Origin: Geosiphon pyriformis uo1 | Taxonomy: Eukaryota > Fungi > Glomeromycota | Assembly: GCA_016748015.1 (NCBI GenBank) | Contig: JAAOMT010000040.1 | Span: 744,001-808,000, forward strand | Direction of reading: 5' to 3' | Length of the DNA: 64,000 nt | Shown here: one piece after another, positions 51,896 to 64,000 of the stretch | How positions within the stretch are numbered: position 1 is the stretch's first letter | Layout: every line of letters starts with the position of its first letter | Notes under the pieces: model-generated | The model's input: the letters and a program-made list of their open reading frames with translations, nothing else | Database searches by the model: none | Told to the model about the DNA's origin: nothing | Program-made: the position numbers and the translations under genes

Positions 51896-53258
51896 ATGTC
51901 TTCAAATTCACCAGTCAGGCGCAACATTCCTTCCTTTTCGGTGGTCACCTCCAGTTTTAAGTCGTATATTGCTTCGTTACCGCTGTTGACAAGCATTGTT
52001 TCCGTAGTCTGCATATTGATTTACATCGTGGATGCGATACAAATTACTAAGCTCAATTTCTTCGATACACTGTCACTTTCACATGTAGCATTTTTCAATG
52101 GAGGAGGTATGATTTTTAAAATAATCATAATTGAAGATCTTTGATACTAAGAACAAATATTTTACAAAATCTACTTGTTCATTACTTTATAAATTCTCAA
52201 GTATACAGAATCTTTACTTTCCCATATCCTCACAATTCTCTCGGGCATATTCTATTCTGCTTACTTGCTTTCGTACCATTGAGTGCCACAATTGAACATA
52301 GACTTGGCACACTCGAATATTTATATGCTCTAATTACGGTGTTTACCTTATTATCTGGATCTCTTTATCTAATTAGTAACTTCCTTTTCGGTTATAAAAA
52401 TGTGGTGCTTGGTGGATTAAGCACGTGGATGTTTGGGGTTGTGGTCTGGGAGAGTCGAGAACTAGCTGGAAGAGAACGAGAGTATGTGCAAAAACAATTT
52501 CAGGAGCCTTCTCATCCAATTTTTCATTAACGATGCTCGAAAACTAAATGATTTTTTTTGCATCTCTACAAGCATTTTTGACCTTATTCGAGTACCGGCA
52601 CATTTTTATCCACTCGTGCTATTGCTTTTGATGGAAATATTCTTTCCTCGGCAATGGTTTGCTGGACACGTGTGTGGATTAATAGCAGGATCTCTTTGTA
52701 AGCATATGAATGATTGCGTCACCATGAAGTGATTTCTCTTACCTGTTGGGGACTGTTTTAGATTCTTTTGGCTATTTGTCCCGATTGCTTCCATCATCGG
52801 AATTTTTCGCGCGCTTGGAGACAAAGTCGACAATACACTCGATATCAAAGATTCGAGGGTTTGTAAAGGCTGAAGAAGGTAGCAGGGGAGGATGGTGGTT
52901 ACCGCTTTGGAATGATGATGTTCTCGAGGATGCAATTAATCCTCCTAATTTGGGTGGTAGCGTTGATGAAAGCCCTCGTGAGCCTGCTGCTGGGATGTAT
53001 GTATAACTTTGGAGATTAATCACAAACCATTGGAATTATATTAATTTTCACTATTAATATAGAAACCAAATTCCAGCTGCTTCCTCACCTCCAAGAGCTG
53101 GTACCTCGAATATATTTACAGTTGAACCTTCTTCAAACTCATCAAGTCCATCGATTGGTTCACCAATTATTGAACCAGCTATAAGCAGAGAGCCTTCACT
53201 TATAAATTTATCGTCCACTACCCATCCCCTGACCACAAAAGAACTGCTTGATGAATGA
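51896..53258 (+). CDS. Rhomboid-family intramembrane protease (Rbd2/RHBDD-like), about 5 exons
   Basis: YRIFTFPYPHNSLGHILF...IEHRLG, GGLSTWMFG (catalytic Ser position), RVPAHFYP and FAGHVCGLIAG (catalytic His position), then a Ser/Pro-rich tail to TGA 53256-53258. Confidence 0.88.
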
Positions 53259-54466
53259 TGGGTAAGATATTTATTTTTGAACTAAATTAAAAATACAACA
53301 TCTTGTAAATGTTGCTGAAACCGGTGAAATGAAAATTTCTTCAGTTTAAGGTAACTGAATCGAGCGCAAGTAATTTGAATCTACTTTGTCCCTTTTTAAA
53401 TATTCTTTAAAAATAGCTGCCCAGGTTTCCTAATTGTTTAAAACTGTTTAATACTCTCGTGTATAATAGATGCAATCACTTATTAACGTCATTCAGGAGA
53501 AAATATTTTACAACGTAACTTAACCTATACTCGATTTTACCTGGATCTGCGTTAAGATTTTTATTTTGTGTCATTACACGAGATAATGCATAGGCACACC
53601 TCAAGAATGGAATTTCAGAATATGACGCATGAGCAGAAAGATTTTGGTTTTTCACTCGAGACTACATTATCGAAATCAGATGTATTCACAGAAAAATGGA
53701 ATTTTCTATAATAGCTGCTGAGCTGACTGGTAGTTTGGGGCTGGCAAAGAACGAATTCGAAAGGCGGTATGGTATAAAATAGCCTGAATTAGAAACTGAT
53801 GATTGTTTGATTTCAATACCATGATCCTAGAAGAAACACGATAGCCTTTTGAGTCCTTTTTTCTGTGAAAATTATATGTGAGAATATTCTATATACCTGA
53901 CCTTGTCGTTAAGTGAAATAACAAGACCGAGAACTACACACGGTCTTTTCAAAGTGCAACTTTTTACGTGGCTTTTTCGGCTAAGGTTTCTCATTTATTT
54001 TATCACTTTCAATAAACACTGAGGAGTTTAAATCAAAACTCAAGCGTTAGTAGCTTTGGTTAAAAGGGAATTGAATATGAAATTTTAAAAGTAGATTCTT
54101 CAATGCTAAATTAACTTATTAATATAATATTGGTTTTTTTGTGAGTTTGTGATATATGCAAAATATATAAAATATGTACAACTGGTGAAGTTTTTCTTTT
54201 CATATTAAGTTTTCTGTCATTGGAAAGTAATGGTTTTTTTATGTATATTTAGCTAAGTATTCAAAATAATCCTTCAGATTAGCGAAAAAAATTTATTACT
54301 ATAATAAAAATTGGCCTTCATACTTGAAAATGGAGTAGTGAATTAAAATAAACACGTTTTAAATCTCCTTAACTAAAAAAAATATCATAATTTTTATAGC
54401 TAAAAATTTTTTATAAACAACCAATTCTTCCTTCAAATTATTCTCTGTTTCAAACCGTTTTATAGG

Positions 54467-56947
54467 TCAAATATCAGCATAATCTAGATCTGGAAAAACA
54501 CGTTTAAATCAAAAATATTCTTCACCATTAAACATGATAAATGAAAATCTTACCATTCATTGAGAATGTAGAGATTGAGATTGAGATTAATTGACTTTTA
54601 TATCTTGTTGCATCATGTTGAGCATCTTTTATCCCTTCGGAATCAAGTCTTTTCTCACGGACGGGTTCATTTAAGTTACTGTTATAGCGAGCAGCAATAA
54701 CTCTTTGTTGAAGTTCTTCTGCATTATCACGACAAGACGGATTATATTGCCAATTTTTTTCAATTATTTCCTGAATACATTGAGGTGTATGTTTCTTGAT
54801 TGTAGGACGCTTTCCCTTAATCACATCAAGTAGCACGTGAATAGGATCTATATTATTCAAAGGTCTTTCTCCCGATATAATTTCACATGAAATGATAGCA
54901 AAGCTGTATATATCGCTATACTTAGTATGAGAACCCCCTTTGCAAATTTCGGGTGCAAGATACTCAAGAACACCATAAGTGTTTCCAGACTGTGTAGCGT
55001 CATCTGCAGGACGACAGAGTCCAAGATCAGAAATAGCAACTTTTAAGGGGTTTGTTTTCATAACAAGGATATATCCAGGATGCAAGTCCCCATGCACCAG
55101 TTTTGATTCATGTATAAATCTTAGGCCACCAGCGATTTGAAAAAGAATACGAAGAAACATGTCCCAAGTAAGAATATCTTCGTTTAACTTGAGAAAAGCT
55201 CTGAGGTCCCCGTGTTCCGCAAATGGTAAAACCATAACAAACCCATTGGTTGTAATATCTTTGGTTATTCCATAGCATTCAAGGATATATTTGCAAGATG
55301 CACTTGTAAGATGCGCAATAAACTATTTCAATGAATTTTTTGGTTTTAGAGGATAAATAGAGACAATAAATATCACATAGATTACTTAAAAAGCAATACC
55401 TCATCTGAATTGATATATTCTATATTTTGGCTGTCTTTAATATATTTCAAAGCAACCTTTGTAACCCCAGTTCGTTCATACTTTTTAATTTTCTTGTCCC
55501 AAAATAGAATTCTGCCTCTCTTCCATATACCTTCTTTAACAATACCAAATCTTCCCGCTCCTACCTGATCTAAACATATAATCTCGTCGGGAGAAATCCA
55601 TTCCAGGCAGCCTCTGCAGTTTTTCAGAATTACGCTGTGTATATAATATATACTGATCAATATTATCATTTCCACTATTCCATGTTTGCCAAATCTTTGA
55701 AAACCGTGATGATTCACAAGATTCACACCAAAGTGGATCCTTTAATGCTTCATAGCATTCTAGACATTTCGGCAATCCGACTTTAAGGATATCCTCACTT
55801 TTATCTGTATCACAAAAATGTACACATTGGAGATCCATTAATGATTATGCCCAAGTTGCCACATTTAAAGCACTTGAATTCATCTGAAAGCTGGTCAAAG
55901 AAAGCTTCAAAATCTAAAAATTCCCCTTTCAAATTATCTGGGTATTTAAAGCCTCGATTTTGAAATCGTAAAATGGTATATTCCAGATTTTCTTGATCCT
56001 CTAATGTAAGGTTATGAACATTTAAATCAGGAAAAGCATTTCGATAATAGAAGTTATTTGCTCCCACTGCTTTTAAATAGATTTCAAATGCTTTTTCTAG
56101 TTTTTTTGTGGTTCCCCATTCATTTTGATAACTGCCTCTTCTGTTTTCAAATAGAATTGAAATGTTTCTTCTAGATTTCTCACTATTTCCCATCCATTTC
56201 GATAATACGTTCCAATACTGGTTTGTGGGCTCGGATTCCCCACTTTTTCCTTGTCTTTAGTTGTTTCCAATCGATTTCGATTATATGCTCTAAGACCAAT
56301 TTGTCCAAGTAAACTTCCTGCCTCTGCAGCTTTTGAATAAAGTTCAAATGCTTTTTCTGAATTTTACATCGTTCCTTCTCCATTATCATAACAAATTCCA
56401 AGATTATATTGTGCATTTAAATGTCCCGCGTCTGCTGCTTTTGAATAGAGTTTAAATGTTTTTTCTAAATTTTTTGTCGTTCCTTCGCCATTAGCATAAA
56501 AAAGGGCAAGATTGTATTGTGCATCTAAATGTCCCGCCTCTGCAGCTTTTGAATAGAGTTCAAATGCTTGTTCTGAATCTTGAGAAGCACCGATTCCATT
56601 ATCATAACAATAAGCTAAGAAAAATTGTCCAAAAGAATCTTCTGCATTCGCTGCTTTCTGAAATTCTAAAAAGCTTTTGTTAAATTAGGAATAGTTCCAA
56701 TCCCATGTTCTAAAGAAAAGCCGAGCAAAATATAGTCTATCGAACGTTTCGAACTTTTATTATTCAAGCAATTGAATAAGTCTTCAGGTGTTTTCTGATT
56801 GCGCACAAGATATTTTTTCATCAAGCTAGCAACTTTTGAATATTCATTAGCTGGGAAAATGGACAAATTTTCTTTGATAACAATCAATCCTCCTTCAAGC
56901 CAGTCGAGGGATGAAGTTGCGTCTTCAATTGATGAAGCTGAGGACAT
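54467..56947 (-). pseudogene. Sel1-repeat plus tyrosine-kinase-like protein kinase pseudogene
   Basis: Sel1 repeats (AQYNLGICYDNGEGT, KAAEAGH), a Cys-rich linker, LEWI, GAGRFG, VALK, HGDLHPGYIL, DLG and YLAPE. Frameshifts at ~56668, ~56130, ~55815 and ~55620, plus an in-frame TAA at 56364-56366. Confidence 0.88.
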
Positions 56948-58249
56948 AATTTGAATATTTTGTATCGTAAAGAAGGATTTCTAAGGAGTTCGTCTTGCTA
57001 ATAAATAAGGTTTCAATTTATAATCAGATTCTCGAAGAAGCTAGATCTGAAACGTTATTTAAAAAAGGTAGATATGAAAACAGAAGCTTAAAATCAATTA
57101 ATTGCCGCATTTTCATGTTAATTTATTGAAGAGCAATTTCTAATTAATGCTTTAATTAAGTTGGTTTGTTCGACTCGTTGAAATGTAAGATAAAATTTAC
57201 TCAAGGGGTAACCTATAATTCCTGTAAAAGTGATACACTTTTTTTTTGACCTCATATTAAAAATAATTTTTAGAGGCGGCTGGATTATGCATTTTGAAAT
57301 TAATTGAAACCAAGCAATCACCAATCAAAAGTTTTAAGTTTGATCTCTATTTGTTTAAGCAAGCGATTAGTTAAGACTAGGCTTTTTCTTTAATTAAGAA
57401 ATCTATTCACAACATCAAAAATTGGTTCCTGCTGTATTATAAATTCTAATCTTATATAATTTTCAAATATGTTTCACACTCATAAAAATTAGATTCTTCG
57501 GATTGCAATTTTAAGATCCTTGTGGTTAACATTTGATTTTTCCGTTGATAAAATCTAGAATCAGACATAATTTTGAAAATATGGGTAAGACGAATTAGCA
57601 AGTTTTTCAGAAAATAATTAAATTGAATTATGTATTAGTTTTTACGAACAAACACTTTTCTTTTTTTCTTTTTTTTTTATTAAATCAAATATCCTGCAAT
57701 CTTTGTAATCGAATAAAAAACCGATAAAAATGGCTATTATAGTCTTTTGTAGTTTGAGTTAGGAATATATTTAATTTCTTCCGAGACAATTTCTATTTGT
57801 TTAAGCAATCTCAATAAGTTTTCATAATCCCAAAGAAGTTTTCTTGCATCAAATGGATTTTGTTTATTCTAAAATTTTTATGAATTGTTAAGCAGAAAAT
57901 TTTGTAATGTAAAAGTAATTTATCAATGAATTCTTAAAAGCAGTTTCTACAGTAAACATCAATTAGTGTGTATTTTTCAACGCTCCTCGAAAATGGGCAA
58001 TTGATTTTCATTTAAATTGGAAATGATAATAAGATAATGAGAAGCTTATTTATTGTAATCTTTTACAGCTCGTCCTAGAAGTATTTTCAATTACTTTACA
58101 GACAATCTCAATTCGTTCAAGCAATCTTAATAGGGAATTTAACCTCATGAATTAAACGTTGATTTACAAGACTTTCTTTCACATTCTCGCTTTTAAGAAT
58201 TACTCTTTTTGGAATTTTATTTAAAAAGATTATAGATTTAAATACACTA

Positions 58250-58760
58250 TGGTGCAAACCATTTATAGTCATCAAACAATTTATATAATTTTAAATTGTA
58301 TCTAGTCTTCCAATTTTAATAATATTAAAAAACTAAACTGTAAATATGATAGATTAAGTTCTTCTCTTTCACATTTACAGTTTAATTTTTTGAATTATAT
58401 TATATTTTATAAAGCTATTAAAGTTTAAAATTAGCCACTTCTATTATTAATCTTTAATTTTCGGATGCCGATCAATCAGATTTTAGCCAATCAGCAATCA
58501 TCAAGGTCACGTTACCACGTGATAATCATCAAAGTATTATCATTTTCAGAAAGACTTTTAATTAATATTAATCTAATCTTTAAATGATTACTTTTTTATA
58601 AAGATATAATATCTCTCGGCCTGCGTATCTGGTAACACGGCACCATTAACAATGAATATTTTATTTACACCACCACTATATTCAGTTGTTATTATTGGGA
58701 CAAAAATCCAAATATCAATATTATTTATATTAAGTGTTAAAAGAATTGTAAAAGTACTAT
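58250..58760 (+). mobile_element. Left end of a second copy of the 23844-29556 transposon, interrupted by retroelement debris
   Basis: TA-tggtgcaaaccatttatagtcatcaaac... aligns to 23844-24360. Homology ends after aaagtacta. Confidence 0.93.
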
Positions 58761-61700
58761 GAGTAATAAGATCAAGATATGAGATCTGGTTTGAATATCC
58801 TGTTAGTGTTGTTTGGAATTGTATATTGTTATAATTTACTGATCTGAATGGTATATTAATAAGTTGTGCTTAATTTTCATTAATGTTTTGCCATTTTTAA
58901 TTATATTCAATATCTCAAAATCTGAAATTATTATATACTAGAGCTTAATATTGAGGTGTTGTCTATGCTATTGCTTGTAAAAACTAATAATAAGTTGAAA
59001 ATAGTTAAGATAAATACTATAATTATAAATATTATGACAAAAAATATTAGAATTTCATGGTTTAAAAATATTTTGGTTGTAATTAATATTGATTTTTTCA
59101 GTTTTAATTGGCTAGTTTTTTTTTGCAATCTCTTATAATATGTCTGAATTTTTGACAATAATAATAATTGTGAAAATTTAATTTTTAAGATTGTTTTTGT
59201 TGTTGTCAATTCTGCTGTTATTAATAATTGCTAAAGTTATTTTTATATTGTGATGATTAATAAATTTTAGAGTTTTCTGTTAAAAATATTTTAATTGAGT
59301 AAGCTTGGCATTAATATTTGATGTTTTATTTATGGTTAAGTTAACAGTTTGAATATAATTAACTTCTTGTTTTATTGATTTAAAGTTATAAGTAAGTATT
59401 ATAGTCTCTTATAAGCTATTAGGATAACAGAGTTTAATAAATTAAAGAATACTGTTTTTTAGTCTTTTGATAAATTGTTTAAGAGTTTGTTTTAGTATAT
59501 AATAGTCTTTTTTGATTGCCTAAATTTGGTAAAAGATTTGATTAAATTGTTTAAGATAAGTGGTTATCATTTTATAATTCTTTTGTTTTATTATACTAAA
59601 CTGATTTTGTATTTTAATAAGCATATTAAGATTACAGAAATATTATAAAAAAGCAAGTTTAAAAGCAGCAAAGTTGGCTGGTTTTTCTTTAAAAGTTTGG
59701 TATCATGAATTTGTGATTCTTGTTAAGAAGAATAGTAGGACTTAGATTGTTTTGGCTTTATCTTAATTATTGGTTCTAATTGCTTTTTTAGCTTTTACAA
59801 TTTAAATATATGTATTTTTTTCTTTATTAAAGAATTTTTTCAGTTTAACAATATCTTTGTAAGTTATAATCTGAATAATAAGAATTGATTTAATTATTAA
59901 CAAAAAAATATTGACAAATATATGTCTGGTTGTTTTGCTGAGTTTACAGTATTATAAGTGATTATTTAAAATATTAAAACAAATAACAAACTTATAATTT
60001 GGTGCTTAATAGCTAAAAATATTGGTAACTTCTGAAGATTTTGAAGTCTAAAAGTTTTGGTTAGGTCTTTTGTATAATAAATAAAGATTTAATTGATGAT
60101 TTTTTTTATGAATTTTTTTCTTCAGTATAGTAACTGGTTTATTTTAGCAGTTATGCCTTTTTAATAAATTATTTTTAATATTTCTACTCTTGTTTTCAGG
60201 TTTTTTATCAAATTATTTTTAATATTAAATACTCAGTGCTTAATTTTTTTAATTAATTAGTAAACAACAAAAAATCAAAACAAAAAAAAATCAAAAAAAT
60301 CAAAAAAAAAATCAGAAATTAGTATTCTGTTAATAGTTATAATTAAGAGCTATTGGTTCAATATAATTAAGTATTGGATTTTATTAACATAGAGTGTTGA
60401 TAATATAGATAGATTAATATTTTTTTAATCGAATAATAATAACATAAATTGAATAATAATTATATATTTTATTGATATTAATATGATTTTACTTTAATTT
60501 ATAAAAAACTATCTTTTAAAAAGAGAAGTATTTTTTTTTGACTTTTTTTTTTTTGCTTCTAATATTTTTGCTATATATACATAATTTATGTTAGACAAAA
60601 TTTTTTAAAATTTTTTAATTCTTTTAAAAAAAATTCTGGAATTTTAGAATTCCTTTTTTTACTATATCTATTTCTAATTTTTATAAGTAAAATTTTTTTT
60701 TAATATTAAATTCTGTCAAAATCTTCTAAATTTTCTAAATCTTCTAAATTTTCTAAATCTTTTTTTTAAATTAGCTCTATAACTTTTTTTTTAAAAATTA
60801 TTTGGACAATATTGGTTTGCAATTTTTTAAATTAGGCATTAGTAATTTTTTCTAATTGGTTGATGATTATTATGTTTATTGTTAAGTATAGCAATATTTT
60901 TGAGCAGTCTTGAAATTTTGCTTGTAATTAGTATATTGTTTGTATCTATATAAATAAATTGTTTTTTCCTATAAATTGTTTAAGTTATTATAATATTATT
61001 ATATTAAATATTTATTTTGTTTTATCTATATATAAGTTTTAAATATGAAGTTTTTATTCCAAGTGGTAATAGCAAAAGTTTTTTGAAAATTGTTGTGTTT
61101 ACTATTTTTAATTTTTTTTTATTAACTTCTTATATAGTACTGTTGTCTTTAATGTTTTTATGAATATTTTTACTTTTGCTATTATATTTTCTATTAAATT
61201 TTTATGTTTTATATATATCTTATATTGTATTTCATATTAAAGTTTTAGTTTTTTTTAGTATTTTTATATTGATTAATTTATTGATTAATTGTAATTTCTA
61301 TGTTTAATTATTGATATTTGATTAATTAGAATAGTTGTTAAATTAATAAATAAATATTGTTAGTAATTTCTATTTTTTATTTGCATTTGTTATATGTATT
61401 GGTTTTTTATATACTGTTCTTGTAAATTAATTTGATGTTTTTGTGTAAATAATTATAATTGGTTTTAGATTTTATGGAATTTTATCTAATTAGACTAATA
61501 TTTGTTATATTTCTAATTGTGAAATATTACTAATAGATGATAATATTATATTGTAATATGGTTTTAGTTAATTTTTATATGCTGTTTTAACTAAAATTTT
61601 GTTGTTCTATCTTAATTTATAAGCTTTATTTTCTAGAATTTTTTAATGTAAAATAGTTTGTTTTATTTAAGATCAAATTTTTTACTCCATTGTTTTTTCA

Positions 61701-62590
61701 TTCTATTGTTTTTTTACTTCATTGTTTTTTCACTTTGATATAATGTAAAAGTACTTTGTTTTTAATCTTAAATTCGACTGGTTTATCTAATAGCTGGTTA
61801 TCATTGTTACTTATAAAAAAGAACATATAAGAAAATAGTAGAAAAAACAGATAGACCAATAGAAAAATAGTAGTTAAAACATAAGCATATTGTTTAAGAA
61901 ATTATAACACATTGTTCAAGAATGTGAATGATCTTATAGAACCCAAATTATGTATATATAGCAAGAGTGTTAAAAGCAAAAAAAACAGAATTAATACCAA
62001 GATCTCCTTATTTAGGCATCTTAGTTAAAATTATTAATATTAATAAATAATTATTTATCATCTAAATTATTCTTTTCACTATTAATATTTCATGTTAATA
62101 GTATTCAATATTTGATTACACTAAAACAATAGCTTTTGATTATGGCTATTGACAGAATACTAACTTTTTTTGTCTTGGCTTATTTCTTATTTTATTTATT
62201 TATTTTTTATTCTCTCTTCTTTTGTTGTTGATTTACTAATTGATTTAAAAGAATTAATGTACAGAGTACTGACATTAGAATATAACACTTGTAAAAAACC
62301 CAAAAATGAGGATAGACACTTGAAATTAAAGATAACTTACCAAAAGATTGCCAGCCACTATGCCAAGAAAAAAATTGACAGAATTACAATTCTGAGAGGT
62401 AACTGAAAACAACTATTAAATTTTTGTCTATTATACAAAAGACTCAACCAAAATTTTCAAATTGACCAAAATTTTCAGATACCAAAATTTTCAGATAATA
62501 CCAATTATATCAGTTATTAAATACTAAATTATGAGTTTGTTATTTGATTTAAGACCCAAATAATCACTTGTAATATTATGTCATTTTTTT
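58761..62590. mobile_element. Nested, hypermutated retroelement remnants, including two related fragments in opposite orientation (~59930-60095 minus and ~62415-62580 plus)
   Basis: Shared tattatacaaaagac...accaaaa...aaattat(a/g)agtttgttatttg...aaataatcactt(a/g)taata. A decayed CCHC-knuckle-like stretch follows the minus copy. Assignment to a non-LTR ORF1 or gag is tentative. Confidence 0.45.
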
Positions 62591-62599
62591 TGTTTTGTT

Positions 62600-64000
62600 T
62601 ATAACTTTTGTATATTATCAGCTGCTTTTTATCTTGTATTTTTTAAAGTTTTTATTAAGTCATATATTTTTTTCAGCAATGTTTTTTGAAAGTTGGCTTC
62701 TGTTATTGGTTTAGTTAGATATGTATTGATATTTATTTCAATTGATATTGTAGCTGTTCTATTATAAATTAATTCAAATAGTGTTGTTTGTATAATATTT
62801 TGCTTTATTATCTAATAAGCAAATAATACTGATAGTATGAACAAATTTCATTTATCTTGATTTTTTTGGCTGATTTTGGCTATTGTTTTACATAATATTC
62901 TGTTGAACTTTTTAATTAAGCCAATTGTTTATAGATAATATAATGATAATAATAGTCTCTTAATTTTAAATCTTTGATTTAATTTTGTTAATATTCTGTT
63001 TACAAAGTAAGTTTTTTGGTCTGATAACAATTTTTTTGGACATCTATGTTAACAAATTAAATTTTGGTATACAAATTTGGTTACAAATTTTGTATCTGCT
63101 TTTTGAATTGTTTTAGCTTCTGGCTATTTTGTAAGATAGTTTATAGCTACTGCTATATATCAGTTGTCTTTACTGATTAATATTAAGGATCTAATTAAGT
63201 CAATTCTAATTTGATTAAATAGTTGTTATACTTTGATTGGTTTTAATAGTTTACTGGATTTTATTTTTTCTTTTCTTTGACAAACATTACAACTTTAAAT
63301 ATATTAGATAATATTTGAATATATTGATAGCTAATAGTATTTTTTTTTGGTTTTTTTTATAATTGCTTCTTTATGAAAATGTTCTGTAATTGGATCTAAG
63401 TACAAGTTGAACAATATTGTTTTTTTCTCTGGTTCTGTAATTACTCTGAATAACTGGTCTAGATTTTTTTTGTTTTTTTAATATAATATATTTTGATAAA
63501 TAATAAAATATTTTAATTGTTGTTTTATGTTGTTTTGTTCTTTTTGAAATAATTTTTTCTTAAACTGTTGAGTATCAATATAATATTAAAGTTGTTAATA
63601 TTTTTGTGTGTTTATTTTTTGTTATATTTTTGGGTTGAAATATTTAGATTTGTTTTATTTATAACAAACTATTAGCATTTCCGTTTTTTTTTCTTTTTAT
63701 AATATATAATATAATTAAATAGTAATAGTTCTATTTTCTATCTTACATAATAATTATCTTCAAATTTTTGTTTTTGGATTAATGTTAATCCTTTGTAATT
63801 ATTATATATATCAAATTTTTGACTTAAATATTTTTTCTATTTAATAACAGCTCAATAAATAGCTATGTATTCTAATACTGAAGTTTTATAGTTCTTTTTG
63901 GCTGGACTTAAACTTTAGTTAATATATGCTCTAAATATTCTTATTCATCAATTTTTTTTTGTGACAATACAGCTCTCAATGTTTGATTGAATATATTGGT
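62600..64000 (-). mobile_element. Ty3/Gypsy LTR-retrotransposon pol relic (RNase H then integrase), continues beyond the window
   Basis: The minus strand reads LRAVLSQ...SLSPAKKNY...LEYIAIY*AV (RNase H). It then reads RIDLIRSL...N*YIAVAINYLTK*PEAK...NLIC*HRCPKKLLSDQKTYFVN...KFNRIL...SVLFAY (rve core). Confidence 0.88.

Noticed and set aside
876-58200. Numerous short ORFs antisense to or overlapping real exons, or in AT-rich DNA (e.g. 2027..2263, 9114..9323, 15670..16020, 37131..37436, 44703..44990, 52606..52935)
   Set aside because: Shadow or chance ORFs, many with TTG/GTG starts that are not meaningful in a eukaryote.

Overview
This is AT-rich eukaryotic DNA with short GT-AG introns. The gene families (Sel1/TKL kinase, signal peptide-kelch-TM proteins, lipase class 3 paralogs, GBP, decayed Ty3/Gypsy) point to a Glomeromycotina (arbuscular-mycorrhizal-type) fungus. 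A Geosiphon/Ambispora-like lineage is plausible, but this is inference. In order, the window holds: a lipase-3-like gene, a CreA/Mig1-type zinc-finger gene, two more lipase-3-like genes, and a ~2 kb fold-back made of two convergent gene copies. Next come a 5.7 kb TIR/TA-TSD IS630-Tc1-type transposon with decayed cargo, two kelch-TM genes plus a kelch relic, and a GH20 hexosaminidase. After these are a lineage-specific coiled-coil gene, a GBP-family GTPase divergent from a rhomboid, a Sel1-kinase pseudogene and a nested TE graveyard. Best leads: (1) all three lipases replace the catalytic Ser with Gly while keeping Asp and His; (2) a ~440 bp inverted repeat whose arms carry a tandem, highly structured unit inside a 5'-UTR intron; (3) RIP-like C>T/G>A hypermutation of TEs that spares the element ends; (4) kelch receptors sharing a conserved cytoplasmic motif, one carrying a mucin-like insert. 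Exon boundaries were read by eye.
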